Shown here: positions 15,369-25,406 of the stretch, in pieces
Numbering within the stretch: the stretch's first letter is position 1
How the letters are laid out: each line of letters begins with the position of its first letter
Virus record (IMG/VR): IMGVR_UViG_3300045988_181910
Origin: a virus
Length of the DNA: 40,007 nucleotides
Direction: 5' to 3' (one strand)
Made by a program: the position numbers and the translations under genes
Notes under the pieces: model-generated
The model's database searches: none
Seen by the model: the letters and a program-made list of their open reading frames with translations, nothing else
What the model was told of the DNA's origin: nothing

Positions 15369-15970
15369 CCATCACCCCGCGACATACCGTCAAAGAGATC
15401 TGCACCGGCAATGCGACTCTGTTCGCTATGGGCAATGAGAGGATTTTTGCCGAAATAAAAGCACTGCCGAAAGTGGAGGAGTTGAGGCTGCGGAGAGGGA
15501 GGCGTTATTCTAAAGATCAGGTTATTTCGGCAAGAAGTCTCTCGGGTATCACTATGCTCGAACTCGACATCTTGAATAAAACCGATGATAAGAGATACTT
15601 TTTCAAGCTTTTGAGCGTCATGCTCAACATTTCGGAGAATGAGGTAGGCAACCTGCGTTTTATCCGCGCTTATCGCTACTTCATCGAATGCATAGACCAA
15701 TTGGGAAAGATCGCCAAGAAGTGGGCCGAGCTCGAAATGCCCATGACAGCCGAAGAGCAGCAGACGCATGTGAAGCAGCCAAATCGTGGGATGGTTTCGG
15801 TATGCAGGCAGTATGCACAGTTGATGGAGGGATCGGTACGCTTCGATGATGTGTGGAATATGCCCTGGGGCATTGTCTATGAAGCTTTCGAGGCCGAGCG
15901 CTGCAAGAATCTCCAAATGCGCAAAATGCAGGCTTTGCAAAATGCCAAAATTAAAAGCGACCGCCGATGA
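15365..15970 (+). CDS. hypothetical virion-module protein
   Basis: A translationally coupled ORF in the late operon. Confidence 0.65.
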   Translation: MTITPRHTVKEICTGNATLFAMGNERIFAEIKALPKVEELRLRRGRRYSKDQVISARSLSGITMLELDILNKTDDKRYFFKLLSVMLNISENEVGNLRFIRAYRYFIECIDQLGKIAKKWAELEMPMTAEEQQTHVKQPNRGMVSVCRQYAQLMEGSVRFDDVWNMPWGIVYEAFEAERCKNLQMRKMQALQNAKIKSDRR

Positions 15971-16374
15971 ATCTAAACAATACCATAGCGAATTGCGCCA
16001 AAGAAAGCGGCCTGCACACGTATTTCTACGTACGTCGTGGAGAAGTGAACGTCCGACTGGATGACGCATATGACTATCCGGTACTGCTGCGCATGTTTGA
16101 GGAGCGTATCACACCTGGCCGGTTGAATAATCAGCGGCGCCGTACTACCACGCTTTTTTTCTGCGATTCGCTCGGCCTCGCAGAGCCGGATACGGCGACA
16201 GAGGTATTGCCGATCATTTCCAAGATGGAGGATCGTGCTTTCGGTTTCTTCGAGCGACTTCGCGCGGCCGGTGTCGAGGTAGATATTGCCTACCTGGAAC
16301 CTTTTGCCGAGAAATTCGACGTCCTCTGCGCGGGCGTTAGATGCGAGGTGACCATGACCTACAATCAATGCTGA
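15967..16374 (+). CDS. hypothetical virion-module protein (neck or tail-completion size class)
   Basis: A coupled ORF in the late operon. Confidence 0.65.
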   Translation: MNLNNTIANCAKESGLHTYFYVRRGEVNVRLDDAYDYPVLLRMFEERITPGRLNNQRRRTTTLFFCDSLGLAEPDTATEVLPIISKMEDRAFGFFERLRAAGVEVDIAYLEPFAEKFDVLCAGVRCEVTMTYNQC

Positions 16375-16375
16375 T

Positions 16376-16954
16376 ATGGACGGCATTGAGCAGATACAAT
16401 CCTTTTTCAGCCCGGAAAAGTTCGTCACCATATGCCGTGAAGAATTCGAGTCCGCGGCCGAGCATATTCGCGAAAATATCGCTACCAAGCGCACGAACAG
16501 CGGGCGCCCCGTGAACTCCCTTGGGCTGCCCGAACAAACGACGGGCGAGACAGCTGCCAGCATACGAGTACTTTTCGAGTCGGACGAAAAAGGGTTCTCG
16601 GCTTCGCTTGTCGGCCGGAAAGGAATTTGGGGTATTGATAAAGGGCGCTCGCCCTCCCAGGTTCAGGAACAATTTTCGAGTTTCACGGACTGTGTAGAGC
16701 AGATGCGACGATGGGCACGTGCGAAGGAATCCCGTTACGGATTACCGGCCGGCTCGGTCAATCCATATAGTGTGGCCACAGGCCTGTGGGAGCGCGGGAC
16801 CATACTTTACCGGGAAGGGGGTGGCACGGAGATTCTTTACGATACAATCCCTCCGGTTGTAGATAATATCAGCCGGCGACTGAGCGAGCTTATCGACCAG
16901 GGAGTTTTTCAATTATTGAATTTATCGATCGAAAATGAGGACATCGACTTTTAA
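16376..16954 (+). CDS. hypothetical virion-module protein
   Basis: A coupled ORF in the late operon. Confidence 0.65.
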   Translation: MDGIEQIQSFFSPEKFVTICREEFESAAEHIRENIATKRTNSGRPVNSLGLPEQTTGETAASIRVLFESDEKGFSASLVGRKGIWGIDKGRSPSQVQEQFSSFTDCVEQMRRWARAKESRYGLPAGSVNPYSVATGLWERGTILYREGGGTEILYDTIPPVVDNISRRLSELIDQGVFQLLNLSIENEDIDF

Positions 16955-17951
16955 TAGCCTTACATTTGTATATCCGAATGAAATCTGTTTTGCTCGCGGG
17001 AATAATTTTGTGAGCGTCTCGCAAAATAATGCGGTAGATACGACAGTTTCGCTCGAAGTTCTTGGCGAGGGGAAAAGGATTCGACTCATACGAACGATCC
17101 GCAAGGATATGACCCCTGCAAAGGTAGTCTTTCCTCTGGATTCAATTCTCGAAACGCTCGCCGGTCAAACCGTGACGATCGAAGTACTGATCGGGGACGA
17201 CGATTCCATTATGAGTAGCACCCTCGTCGTGCTTGACGGAGCATCTGAGCGCGAGGTACTCAATGCAGGGGAATCTAATGATCCCGAAGGTGTGCCCTTC
17301 CCTCAGCCGGCGTTATTCCCAATTTATCCCAACTTTCTACACGAAATTACGCTCTTCACCGGATTACTTGACCCGAACAACGACATGGAATATTTCATGC
17401 AATTTCCATGGACGCCAGAATGGCTGGAGCTCGCGAGCACTCCCGGCTATCCTTTTTTGAAAACCGAAACCTCCAACATTGATTTCGATTTCGCACCGGC
17501 CGCCACATCCCTCAATGTTGTAGTTTTTATCGGACCGACAGAAATTGCATTTTTCAGGTTCCCGGTATTTGTTGATAAATGTGAGGATGGCATGTTCGTT
17601 CGTTGGACGGATTCACGAGGCATTCCGTGCATGTATCGCTTTTCGGTAGAACTATCCACGGAAGAAACGACCATCGATTCAGAATATATCCGGCTTGATG
17701 ACGACCTGCGTCCTTACCGGTGGCTGACCAAGACCTCGCACACCCGCTACACCCTCCATTCCCGCAAGGTAGAGCCCCGAATGTATGCCTACTGTCGCTC
17801 GGTACTGACGGGCCGCAACGTCGAATATTTCGACAACACAACTAAGAAATGGCGTCGCTGCATCATCGATGAAGGTGAAGCGGAGGATACGGGGAAGCCC
17901 ATGCAGGACCTGGTCGTGGAGCTCGTCAAAGAAAATCTGATCCTGCCATGA
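16935..17951 (+). CDS. hypothetical virion structural protein (338 aa)
   Basis: A coupled ORF in the late operon. Confidence 0.7.
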   Translation: MRTSTFNSLTFVYPNEICFARGNNFVSVSQNNAVDTTVSLEVLGEGKRIRLIRTIRKDMTPAKVVFPLDSILETLAGQTVTIEVLIGDDDSIMSSTLVVLDGASEREVLNAGESNDPEGVPFPQPALFPIYPNFLHEITLFTGLLDPNNDMEYFMQFPWTPEWLELASTPGYPFLKTETSNIDFDFAPAATSLNVVVFIGPTEIAFFRFPVFVDKCEDGMFVRWTDSRGIPCMYRFSVELSTEETTIDSEYIRLDDDLRPYRWLTKTSHTRYTLHSRKVEPRMYAYCRSVLTGRNVEYFDNTTKKWRRCIIDEGEAEDTGKPMQDLVVELVKENLILP

Positions 17952-19891
17952 CACCCTACGAACTATACATCAACGACGAGCTTTGTACTTTAGACAAGGA
18001 AGAAGATGTTGCCCTTGTCTATCAAAGCCCGATCTTCTCTGGCCTCGATGCAATCCAATCCAACCGGTCCTACACGATCGACCTGCCTTTGGCGCTTAAC
18101 AGAAAAGTCATCGCCAATACCGAGCGTCCGGACGTGGAAAGTGACGTGCCTTATCGACGGCTGCCGGCCAAACTCTATCAGGGAGGCATCCCGCTCTTCC
18201 TACGTGGCTTCTCGACCATCACCGAAATATCGGACGTCATCTCGAATACCCTCACTTGGGGGAATGTGGAGAACTTCCAGCCGCTTTTCGACAACGATAT
18301 GTCGGCCCTGAGTGACATCCTCTACGATATGGGCCTGGGCAGCATTCCGTGGAACGAGGATAGCAAGCTGCTCAACATATCGACGCACGCGCGTCTGGGC
18401 TTCTTCGCAATTGACTATGGCCGCGGCTTGACGGAGATGCAATACATTCATCCCGCCATTCATATTAAGCCGGTCATTGAAGCCATCGAGCGGTTCAATG
18501 GCATTACGATCGCGGACAAAGAGCGTTTGTATGAACGTGCGGGACTTCCTACTGATGCCTATATTTTTCCTCTCGTTTCTAAAAATGGAAATCCGGAAAG
18601 TAATTATGCAGAAAGGATAACTGCACGGCCTGAAATCGAGAAGCAATCTTATGCTGGATTTGCACGAGTTAGATTTTCTGAAATTTTACACAATCCGGAT
18701 CTTAATGATAGACGAGATCTTGTTCAAAAAGGAGACTATAGTGATTATATCAATGTTGCTGATTATAATGAAACTAGGGTATTAATAAATAATTATGATA
18801 CTGCTCAAGATCACTTTGAATTAATTTTACCTAAAATCAATTCTACAATCCCTACCCCTGGATTTCCAGATAAATTATTCATCCGCGTTAAAGGCAGAAG
18901 AGAATCCGATAATGAAATAGTAACTTTATACATTACTTATAGTTATCAAAAGCTTGAGAGGACATATTCATTTGATAATGTAGATATCAAAATAGATACT
19001 ACCGATATTATTAATCTGTGGATTGAAATATCGAATGTGGACGATACTTATTTTCCTTCGGTTTCTCCGTTTTGGCCAGAATGGAAGGTGGAAATAGTTA
19101 TGCCGTGGGATGATATAATTTTTCCTACCATATTCCCTGTCGGCCCCAACCTTCCGGATATGTCACAGGGGGATTTTCTGTCGGCGCTACTGGTGATGAA
19201 CGGATTGTTTGCCTATGCTGACAAGGACAAGCCGGACACCATAGGACTTATATCGGCCGACGAGTTCTACGATAACATCACTTCGGGAAAATACCTTGAT
19301 TGGAGCGACAAAGTTGTGCTCAATCCGGGACAAGATGCCAGCCGGCCGGATGGATCCGAATTCACCGTCGAGGATTATGCCCAGAGAAATACGATCGATT
19401 ACGACAACGACGACGAAGTGCTTATCGATACTTCGGGTGAAATCTTGATCGAAAACAAGACTCTCGAAAGAGAGAACGACACGGATATTCCATTTTCGGC
19501 CTCGATCAACATTTCAAAGGATGGTTACAGCTACGCCAAAATCCCGATCTATTCCGACGACGAGAATGCCTCCTATTCCGAATGTACTCCCCGCATTGTT
19601 TCGTGGTACATCTTGCCCGCTTCCACAAAGCCCTATGTGTTCGGCCGGTTCGAGACGTGGCAGAAATTCGGCGGTGAGGATGGCATTATCGCAACGCGCT
19701 ACAAGGGCCTTCAACGAATCCTGCGACAGCTGCGCATCGTCTCGGTAAGATTGTGCCTCTCGCCTATGGACCTTGCGGACCTGGATTACCGTATCCCGGT
19801 TTATTTCCGTCACCTGGGCCGTTTTTTCGCAATTTATACTATTGAGACTCGCAATTCGGGAATTTGTGAGTGCAAATTTATTCGATTGTAG
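17948..19891 (+). CDS. large virion structural protein (647 aa) with an AT-rich in-frame central segment
   Basis: A long ORF. Composition drops sharply in 18560-19130, but the frame stays open. Confidence 0.75.
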   Translation: MTPYELYINDELCTLDKEEDVALVYQSPIFSGLDAIQSNRSYTIDLPLALNRKVIANTERPDVESDVPYRRLPAKLYQGGIPLFLRGFSTITEISDVISNTLTWGNVENFQPLFDNDMSALSDILYDMGLGSIPWNEDSKLLNISTHARLGFFAIDYGRGLTEMQYIHPAIHIKPVIEAIERFNGITIADKERLYERAGLPTDAYIFPLVSKNGNPESNYAERITARPEIEKQSYAGFARVRFSEILHNPDLNDRRDLVQKGDYSDYINVADYNETRVLINNYDTAQDHFELILPKINSTIPTPGFPDKLFIRVKGRRESDNEIVTLYITYSYQKLERTYSFDNVDIKIDTTDIINLWIEISNVDDTYFPSVSPFWPEWKVEIVMPWDDIIFPTIFPVGPNLPDMSQGDFLSALLVMNGLFAYADKDKPDTIGLISADEFYDNITSGKYLDWSDKVVLNPGQDASRPDGSEFTVEDYAQRNTIDYDNDDEVLIDTSGEILIENKTLERENDTDIPFSASINISKDGYSYAKIPIYSDDENASYSECTPRIVSWYILPASTKPYVFGRFETWQKFGGEDGIIATRYKGLQRILRQLRIVSVRLCLSPMDLADLDYRIPVYFRHLGRFFAIYTIETRNSGICECKFIRL

Positions 19892-19893
19892 TT

Positions 19894-22425
19894 ATGGCAA
19901 ATACAGATCAGATAGACAAGATTATCAATATTCGTTTCAACTACGACGAACTGGTTCATGGTTGGAAACAGGCTTCTACAGCTATTGCGGACAATAAGAA
20001 GAATTTAAAGGAGCTCCAAAACGAGTTCAAGGCCGGCCAAATGAGCGCCGACGAATATAAAACAGCCTTGCTCGAAATCAAGAGCACGAACAAAGCTTTG
20101 ACGGATCAGGTCCGCGCCTATGAAAAAGAGATCCAAAATAACATCAAAATAGAAACCAAGGCGTCAGGATCGATTGCCCAGCTCCAGGCGAATGTTTCGA
20201 AGTTAACTGTTCGCTACAAAGAACTGAGCGCGGCCGAAAGAGAAAGCCCATTTGGTCAAAATCTTGCTGCGGATATTAAATCCCAGCAGGAAGCTTTGAA
20301 TGAAGCCGAAGCATCGTTAGGTAATTATCGATCCCAAGTGGGCAGTTATGAGGGCGCAATCAAAAGAGCTTTAGGTGTAAACGGGCCTTTTGTGGAATCT
20401 TTGATTAGGGGCACAAACGGTGCCAATGGCTTCACAAGCGCGATAAAGACAACAGTCACAGCACTTAAGGTACTTGTCAAACAAGCATTGGCATTTATTG
20501 CTACGCCACTCGGCGCCGTACTTGCTGCCTTGGCGATCACGTTATCCGTCTTGCGTTCCAGATTCGAGGCTGTCAATTCCGTTATCGAGAAAAGCGAACG
20601 TGTGTCCGACAAATATCGGCTAGCTCAATCTTCCGTCAATGCTATATTAGCAGCCACAGATAACGCTTTGGAACGCCAAGCCGAGAAGCTCACGAAAGTG
20701 ACCAGTAAATGGGAGATGTTCAAAGCCGCACTCAAGGCTATTATGGATTTGGGCGTTATAGAGGGATTTAAAGCAGTGGCGGAAGGCCTCGAAAACGCTC
20801 CGGCTTTCGAGAAGTTGGAAGGAAAATACATCAAACTACGGGATTATAATAGAAGAATGCTCGTAGAAAATACACAAATTGAAGCCCAAATCTCTGACTT
20901 GCGCAACAAGGCGATGCAGAAAGAAGTCTATACTGCCGAACAAAGAAAAAAATTTATCGAAGAAGCTATTGCGCTCAATTACAAACTGTTCGATAATCAG
21001 AAGAAGGCTGTAGGTGCTCAGTTGAGATTGCTGAGAAAAGAACAAGAATTGTCCCCCACCGATACGGCTACTAATGATGCAATTGCAGAAATGCAGGCCC
21101 GACTCACTCAGTTAACTGCCCAAAGTAACTTGGCAGAGAAGGAGCTCCAATCACAAATTAATGCGACCACTTCTGATATTAAGCGGCAAAATAATGAGAT
21201 AGACAAAGCTATAGCAAACGCACAGAAAGCGGCAGATGAAGTTTATAACTTGATTCTGGATTTGCGAGATAAAACCAGGGATAACGAAATCTTAAATTTA
21301 CAGGAAGAATACGATCGAGAAGTTGCTGCTACACGTTCCAGATTGGAAGCTATCGCCAATCTTACTGATATGGTTTCTATCAGCGAACGAGAAAGTCTCG
21401 ATCAAAAGCTACTTCTTTTGCATGAAAAATTATTACGCGATACCGAAGAAGTCAATGACCGATACCGCAAAGAAGAACTTGACAAAGAAATAGCGGCATC
21501 GGAAGAACGTAATCGACAGATTTTGTTAAATCAGCAAATTAAAATAGGCGAGGCCCAAAGTCGTGTTCTCGATGTCAGACTGAATGGCGGAAGCGCTCTG
21601 GATGAAGCATCAGCTTTGATTAATGTCCGCCAAGCAGAACTGAATGCCGCTCTTGAAAATATTATGCTAATTGACATGGCAGAAGCGGATAGTTATACTT
21701 CGGAACAAGAACGTGATGCCGCGCGTTTGGCGGCTGTTAACAGGTTAAAAGAAGCTCAAATTGCTCTTGCGGATTCCGTACAACGAACTATTGACTTACA
21801 AAGACAAGAGGTAATCCAAACTGTACAGGCAGCCGTACAGATGTTTGGTAGTTTCTCGTCCATGTTTGAGGCACTGGGAGGGGAAGGTGAGAAATATGCC
21901 GCATTTGTGAAAGCATTTTCAGTAATGGAAGTAGTTTTAGCCCAAGCCGTGGCGATCGCAAATGCTTGGTCGGGAAATGCAAAATTGCCTTTTCCCGCCA
22001 ATATATTTGCAACTGCCTCCAGTATCGCAGCTATTATTGCAGCCATTGCCAATGCAACTCAGCAAGTTAATTCAACGAAAACTCCTAAATATGCTCAAGG
22101 CGGCCTTGTAACCGGCCCGGGCACGGGAACTTCTGACAGCATCCCGGCCATGCTCTCTAACGGGGAGGCCGTTATGACGGCACGAGCTGTGAGCGATTGG
22201 GGGCCGATCCTGTCAGCCATGAATGTATCGTCGGGCGGCAATGCCATCACCACGCGCAATTTGCCGGAACGTAACGATGGAATGCGAGGAATCGTGGAGG
22301 CATTAAAAGAAGCGGTTAGCGAACTTCCGGCCCCACAGGTAGCCGTAACCGACATCAATAACGGTCAGCGTCGGGTTAATGTGTCTACCAACCTCGCGCG
22401 TTTGGGTGGGAAAAGAGGCCGATGA
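19894..22425 (+). CDS. tail tape measure protein
   Basis: Long coiled-coil regions and hydrophobic segments. The C-terminal motif GGLVTGPGTGTSDSIPAMLSNGEAVMTARAV is typical of tape measure proteins. ATG 19894 follows the upstream stop. Confidence 0.85.
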   Translation: MANTDQIDKIINIRFNYDELVHGWKQASTAIADNKKNLKELQNEFKAGQMSADEYKTALLEIKSTNKALTDQVRAYEKEIQNNIKIETKASGSIAQLQANVSKLTVRYKELSAAERESPFGQNLAADIKSQQEALNEAEASLGNYRSQVGSYEGAIKRALGVNGPFVESLIRGTNGANGFTSAIKTTVTALKVLVKQALAFIATPLGAVLAALAITLSVLRSRFEAVNSVIEKSERVSDKYRLAQSSVNAILAATDNALERQAEKLTKVTSKWEMFKAALKAIMDLGVIEGFKAVAEGLENAPAFEKLEGKYIKLRDYNRRMLVENTQIEAQISDLRNKAMQKEVYTAEQRKKFIEEAIALNYKLFDNQKKAVGAQLRLLRKEQELSPTDTATNDAIAEMQARLTQLTAQSNLAEKELQSQINATTSDIKRQNNEIDKAIANAQKAADEVYNLILDLRDKTRDNEILNLQEEYDREVAATRSRLEAIANLTDMVSISERESLDQKLLLLHEKLLRDTEEVNDRYRKEELDKEIAASEERNRQILLNQQIKIGEAQSRVLDVRLNGGSALDEASALINVRQAELNAALENIMLIDMAEADSYTSEQERDAARLAAVNRLKEAQIALADSVQRTIDLQRQEVIQTVQAAVQMFGSFSSMFEALGGEGEKYAAFVKAFSVMEVVLAQAVAIANAWSGNAKLPFPANIFATASSIAAIIAAIANATQQVNSTKTPKYAQGGLVTGPGTGTSDSIPAMLSNGEAVMTARAVSDWGPILSAMNVSSGGNAITTRNLPERNDGMRGIVEALKEAVSELPAPQVAVTDINNGQRRVNVSTNLARLGGKRGR

Positions 22426-22457
22426 TTTGGATAATGCGCCGGACGTCAGAATCTTTG
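22426..22457 (+). promoter_or_regulatory. second copy of the TTTG-N20-AATCTTTG candidate late promoter
   Basis: TTTG is at 22426-22429 and AATCTTTG at 22450-22457, 28 nt before ATG 22486. Confidence 0.4.
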
Positions 22458-22485
22458 CGAATGATAACATCTAAACATTAATAAT

Positions 22486-23097
22486 ATGGCATTGAATTCA
22501 TGTATCTACACACTGGACCAGGACATTCTCAATGACTGCAACGTGCGTTACGGAAAGGGGGCAGAGAAAAGGGCATTCATCTTTAGCCGAAGTGCTATTG
22601 ACAACGATGCAACTGTGTTTGATGCGAGCACAGGAATTGTTACGAAATTGGTGCTCAAAAGCGGCAAGCGTGGCTTCAGGATGAACATGCCATCGACCAC
22701 TCCCTTTACGGGACTAACCAATGAGGATCAGAACGTGACGATCGGCATGTCGTTCAACAAGACTGTGCCGGTCATTCTGCTGCCGAACAGCCCGACCAGT
22801 TCGCAGATCATTCGTGCGCTCAAGTCGGACGACTATGTTATCGTTTGGGAGGCGCGCGTAAAAGGAGAAAAAGGCGAGCAGGCTTTTCCTGCTGTAGGAA
22901 TGGAAACGGGCTGCAAAGGATCGGACGCCACTTTTGAAGCCTACAACGACGATACGCAGGGCGGATGGTCGATAAATATGATTGAAGAGGGTGCGACTAT
23001 TCCTCAAGTTTTCGTAGCATATTCTGAGGGCTACAACGCTACATTGACAGCTCTCGAATCAATGACAGTTCCTATTGAAGATGGCGTTTCGCTCTGA
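22486..23097 (+). CDS. tail protein (tube or distal-tail candidate)
   Basis: A 203-aa beta-rich ORF directly after the tape measure gene. Confidence 0.6.
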   Translation: MALNSCIYTLDQDILNDCNVRYGKGAEKRAFIFSRSAIDNDATVFDASTGIVTKLVLKSGKRGFRMNMPSTTPFTGLTNEDQNVTIGMSFNKTVPVILLPNSPTSSQIIRALKSDDYVIVWEARVKGEKGEQAFPAVGMETGCKGSDATFEAYNDDTQGGWSINMIEEGATIPQVFVAYSEGYNATLTALESMTVPIEDGVSL

Positions 23098-23474
23098 TGA
23101 CCAGGGAGTGGTATGAAGAGAAGCTGCGCGAAGCTTTCCTGACCATATCCGACCAGGAGACAATAAGGGCCCAGTACCAAACCGTCACAGGAGAATCCTT
23201 CGAGGTTAGTTTCCGGCCAAATTGCCCCAATCGTTTCAGAGATGCCATAACATTAATATTAATCAAGATGAAACAGGAACAGAACACGAGTCGCGGAGGC
23301 TATCTGCTCAAACAGGGCGTTGTATTCAAATACAAAGGCAAGATTATCACCAACGTGAATCTCACTGCGGCTTCGGCCGAGTGGTATATCGCTCAGAATC
23401 TCGATCACCGCGACGACTTCGAGGAGTTGGGACGAGATTATGACAGCTTCGGGCAGACAGAAACGATGAAGTGA
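23097..23474 (+). CDS. hypothetical tail-module protein
   Basis: A coupled ORF. Confidence 0.6.
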   Translation: MTREWYEEKLREAFLTISDQETIRAQYQTVTGESFEVSFRPNCPNRFRDAITLILIKMKQEQNTSRGGYLLKQGVVFKYKGKIITNVNLTAASAEWYIAQNLDHRDDFEELGRDYDSFGQTETMK

Positions 23475-25069
23475 CAGTTATGGAATCCTCAATGCCGCAG
23501 ACGCCGGTGCGCCACATCAACAACCGGAGCGACTTCAACCTGATTGTGCATTTGCTGGATAAAGAGGGGATACCACAAGCTTTCCCGTCAGCACCCTTCA
23601 CGATGACCTTTCAGGCAGGTGGCCCGACGCGATACATTGTCCGAAGCGATGACGGTTTACGTGTAATCCGTCCCAGTAACGACGACAACACGTTGTTGGT
23701 GGTTTTCGACTTCAAGGACAGTCCCCGCCTTGGTGCCGGACAGTTGCGATGTTCATTGGACTTTGACGAGCCGAATGATCTTTTCCCGGACGGCACTTAC
23801 GATTTCACGGTGCCCGCTGTCCTGGATTACGAAATTTGGGATGGCCAGACAGACTTTGTCGGAGCAGTAAAATGCGACCTTGTGTTGCCTTATGTAAAAG
23901 GTGATCCGGGGAAACCTGGTGATCCCGGGCAACCGGGTGAACCCGGAGAACCCGGCAAATCAGCATATAGCTATGCGGTGGAGGCCGGTTACGACAAAAC
24001 CGAAGAGCAATTTGCTCACACGCTTGCTACTGCAATAAGTCGTGACGAGGTAGTAAATGTCGTCGAGGAAGATAATGACAATCCAGTTACCAGTAATGCC
24101 ACCTCGCAGGCGATAGATCATGCGAAAGCAGAGGTAACGGAACAGGGAGAGCAGTTTGTGCGTATTTACGCGCAGCCAAAGTACAAAGGAACGGCGCAGA
24201 CCGACCTCTATGTTGCGAGAGGGGCTGTATATAATGCAGACACAGGACTGTACGAGCTGAATGGGCTAACGGATATTACCGAGGATCAAATGCGCGAAAT
24301 CTATCTGTACACGGCATCGCGCATATACGACTTCAACATGAGTTATACATTCAGCGCGCTATACATCCGGACGAATTTTCCTGTAAATAAGAGATATATG
24401 GCGAACAGGGAGTTTACAGGAACCTTCTTCATATGTCGCGACATAGAAGTTATATATATTTCCGATAAAACGGGGATGGTTAATAGCTTCAATTCCCTAT
24501 TTTACCAGTGCCAGTCTCTCCGAGAAATCATGGGCGAGATAATCATTACACCTATCAAACAAGTATATTTCAATCCTTTTGCGGATTGTCGGGCACTTAC
24601 AACATTCAAATTAACCGGCGTATCGAATAATTTGTCCCTTTCAGCATCCCCGAAAATTGACCTTGCCTCAATGAAATGGATGATAGACAATGCGAACAAT
24701 ATATCCGCCATTACCATTACCGTTCATCCCGAACTGTATGCGAAATTAACCGATGAAACGGGTGCCCCCGAGTGGTACGCCCTGAATCAATTGGCAGCTT
24801 CCCGCAATATCGCCTTTGGTGTCGAAGCCTCTGCCAATATGCTTTTGATGAATGATGAGGAGGGCGGTATTCGTGTTGAACAACGGTGCGGCATGCCCGA
24901 AATCGTTGCTCCTTCGGGGATGTTTCTGACACAAGAAAAGCCGTTAGGCGATCCGGTATATGTCTCACGCAGAATCATGCTTCCCAATGAAAGTATAACG
25001 GATTGGCGTATTGCTTCTGCAATAGAGAAACACGAATACGAAAAGGCCACGCAGCCGATAATGGAATAA
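23471..25069 (+). CDS. tail fibre / receptor-binding protein with a collagen-like Gly-X-Y stretch and a BspA-type leucine-rich-repeat-like C-terminus
   Basis: GDPGKPGDPGQPGEPGEPGK is encoded at 23900-23959. LRR-like segments follow (..FNSLFYQCQSLREI..FADCRALTTFKL..). Confidence 0.75.
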   Translation: MTVMESSMPQTPVRHINNRSDFNLIVHLLDKEGIPQAFPSAPFTMTFQAGGPTRYIVRSDDGLRVIRPSNDDNTLLVVFDFKDSPRLGAGQLRCSLDFDEPNDLFPDGTYDFTVPAVLDYEIWDGQTDFVGAVKCDLVLPYVKGDPGKPGDPGQPGEPGEPGKSAYSYAVEAGYDKTEEQFAHTLATAISRDEVVNVVEEDNDNPVTSNATSQAIDHAKAEVTEQGEQFVRIYAQPKYKGTAQTDLYVARGAVYNADTGLYELNGLTDITEDQMREIYLYTASRIYDFNMSYTFSALYIRTNFPVNKRYMANREFTGTFFICRDIEVIYISDKTGMVNSFNSLFYQCQSLREIMGEIIITPIKQVYFNPFADCRALTTFKLTGVSNNLSLSASPKIDLASMKWMIDNANNISAITITVHPELYAKLTDETGAPEWYALNQLAASRNIAFGVEASANMLLMNDEEGGIRVEQRCGMPEIVAPSGMFLTQEKPLGDPVYVSRRIMLPNESITDWRIASAIEKHEYEKATQPIME

Positions 25070-25073
25070 TTGT

Positions 25074-25406
25074 ATGGACTGGGGAACAATTATTACAAGC
25101 ATCATATCCGCTATTGTAACAGGCGGTGGTATTTCGAGCATTATTTTCTTTCGCGAAAACAAAAGATCGAAATTCCTCTCAAACGAAGCGGCTGCTTCTG
25201 CACAGTGGAAGGATCTTTATGAAAAGAGTGAAGCCAAGGTCGATTCGCAGAGCCACAAAATCGATTCTTTATACAAAGAGAAAGATGTACTGCGCGATCA
25301 GATTAACGATCTGACCTCCCAAATAGCAGTCCTCGAGTTACTGAAATGCGAAACCATGGAATGCATTACACGCAAACCTCCTATGCAGACAAAGACCAAT
25401 AAATGA
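25074..25406 (+). CDS. holin/spanin-like membrane protein (N-terminal TM plus coiled coil)
   Basis: MDWGTIITSIISAIVTGGGISSIIFF is the TM segment. It lies directly upstream of the endolysin. Confidence 0.6.
   Translation: MDWGTIITSIISAIVTGGGISSIIFFRENKRSKFLSNEAAASAQWKDLYEKSEAKVDSQSHKIDSLYKEKDVLRDQINDLTSQIAVLELLKCETMECITRKPPMQTKTNK

Noticed and set aside
23471-25069. A diversity-generating retroelement targeting the tail fibre
   Set aside because: No reverse transcriptase gene is present, and I saw no template-repeat/variable-repeat pair anywhere in the genome.
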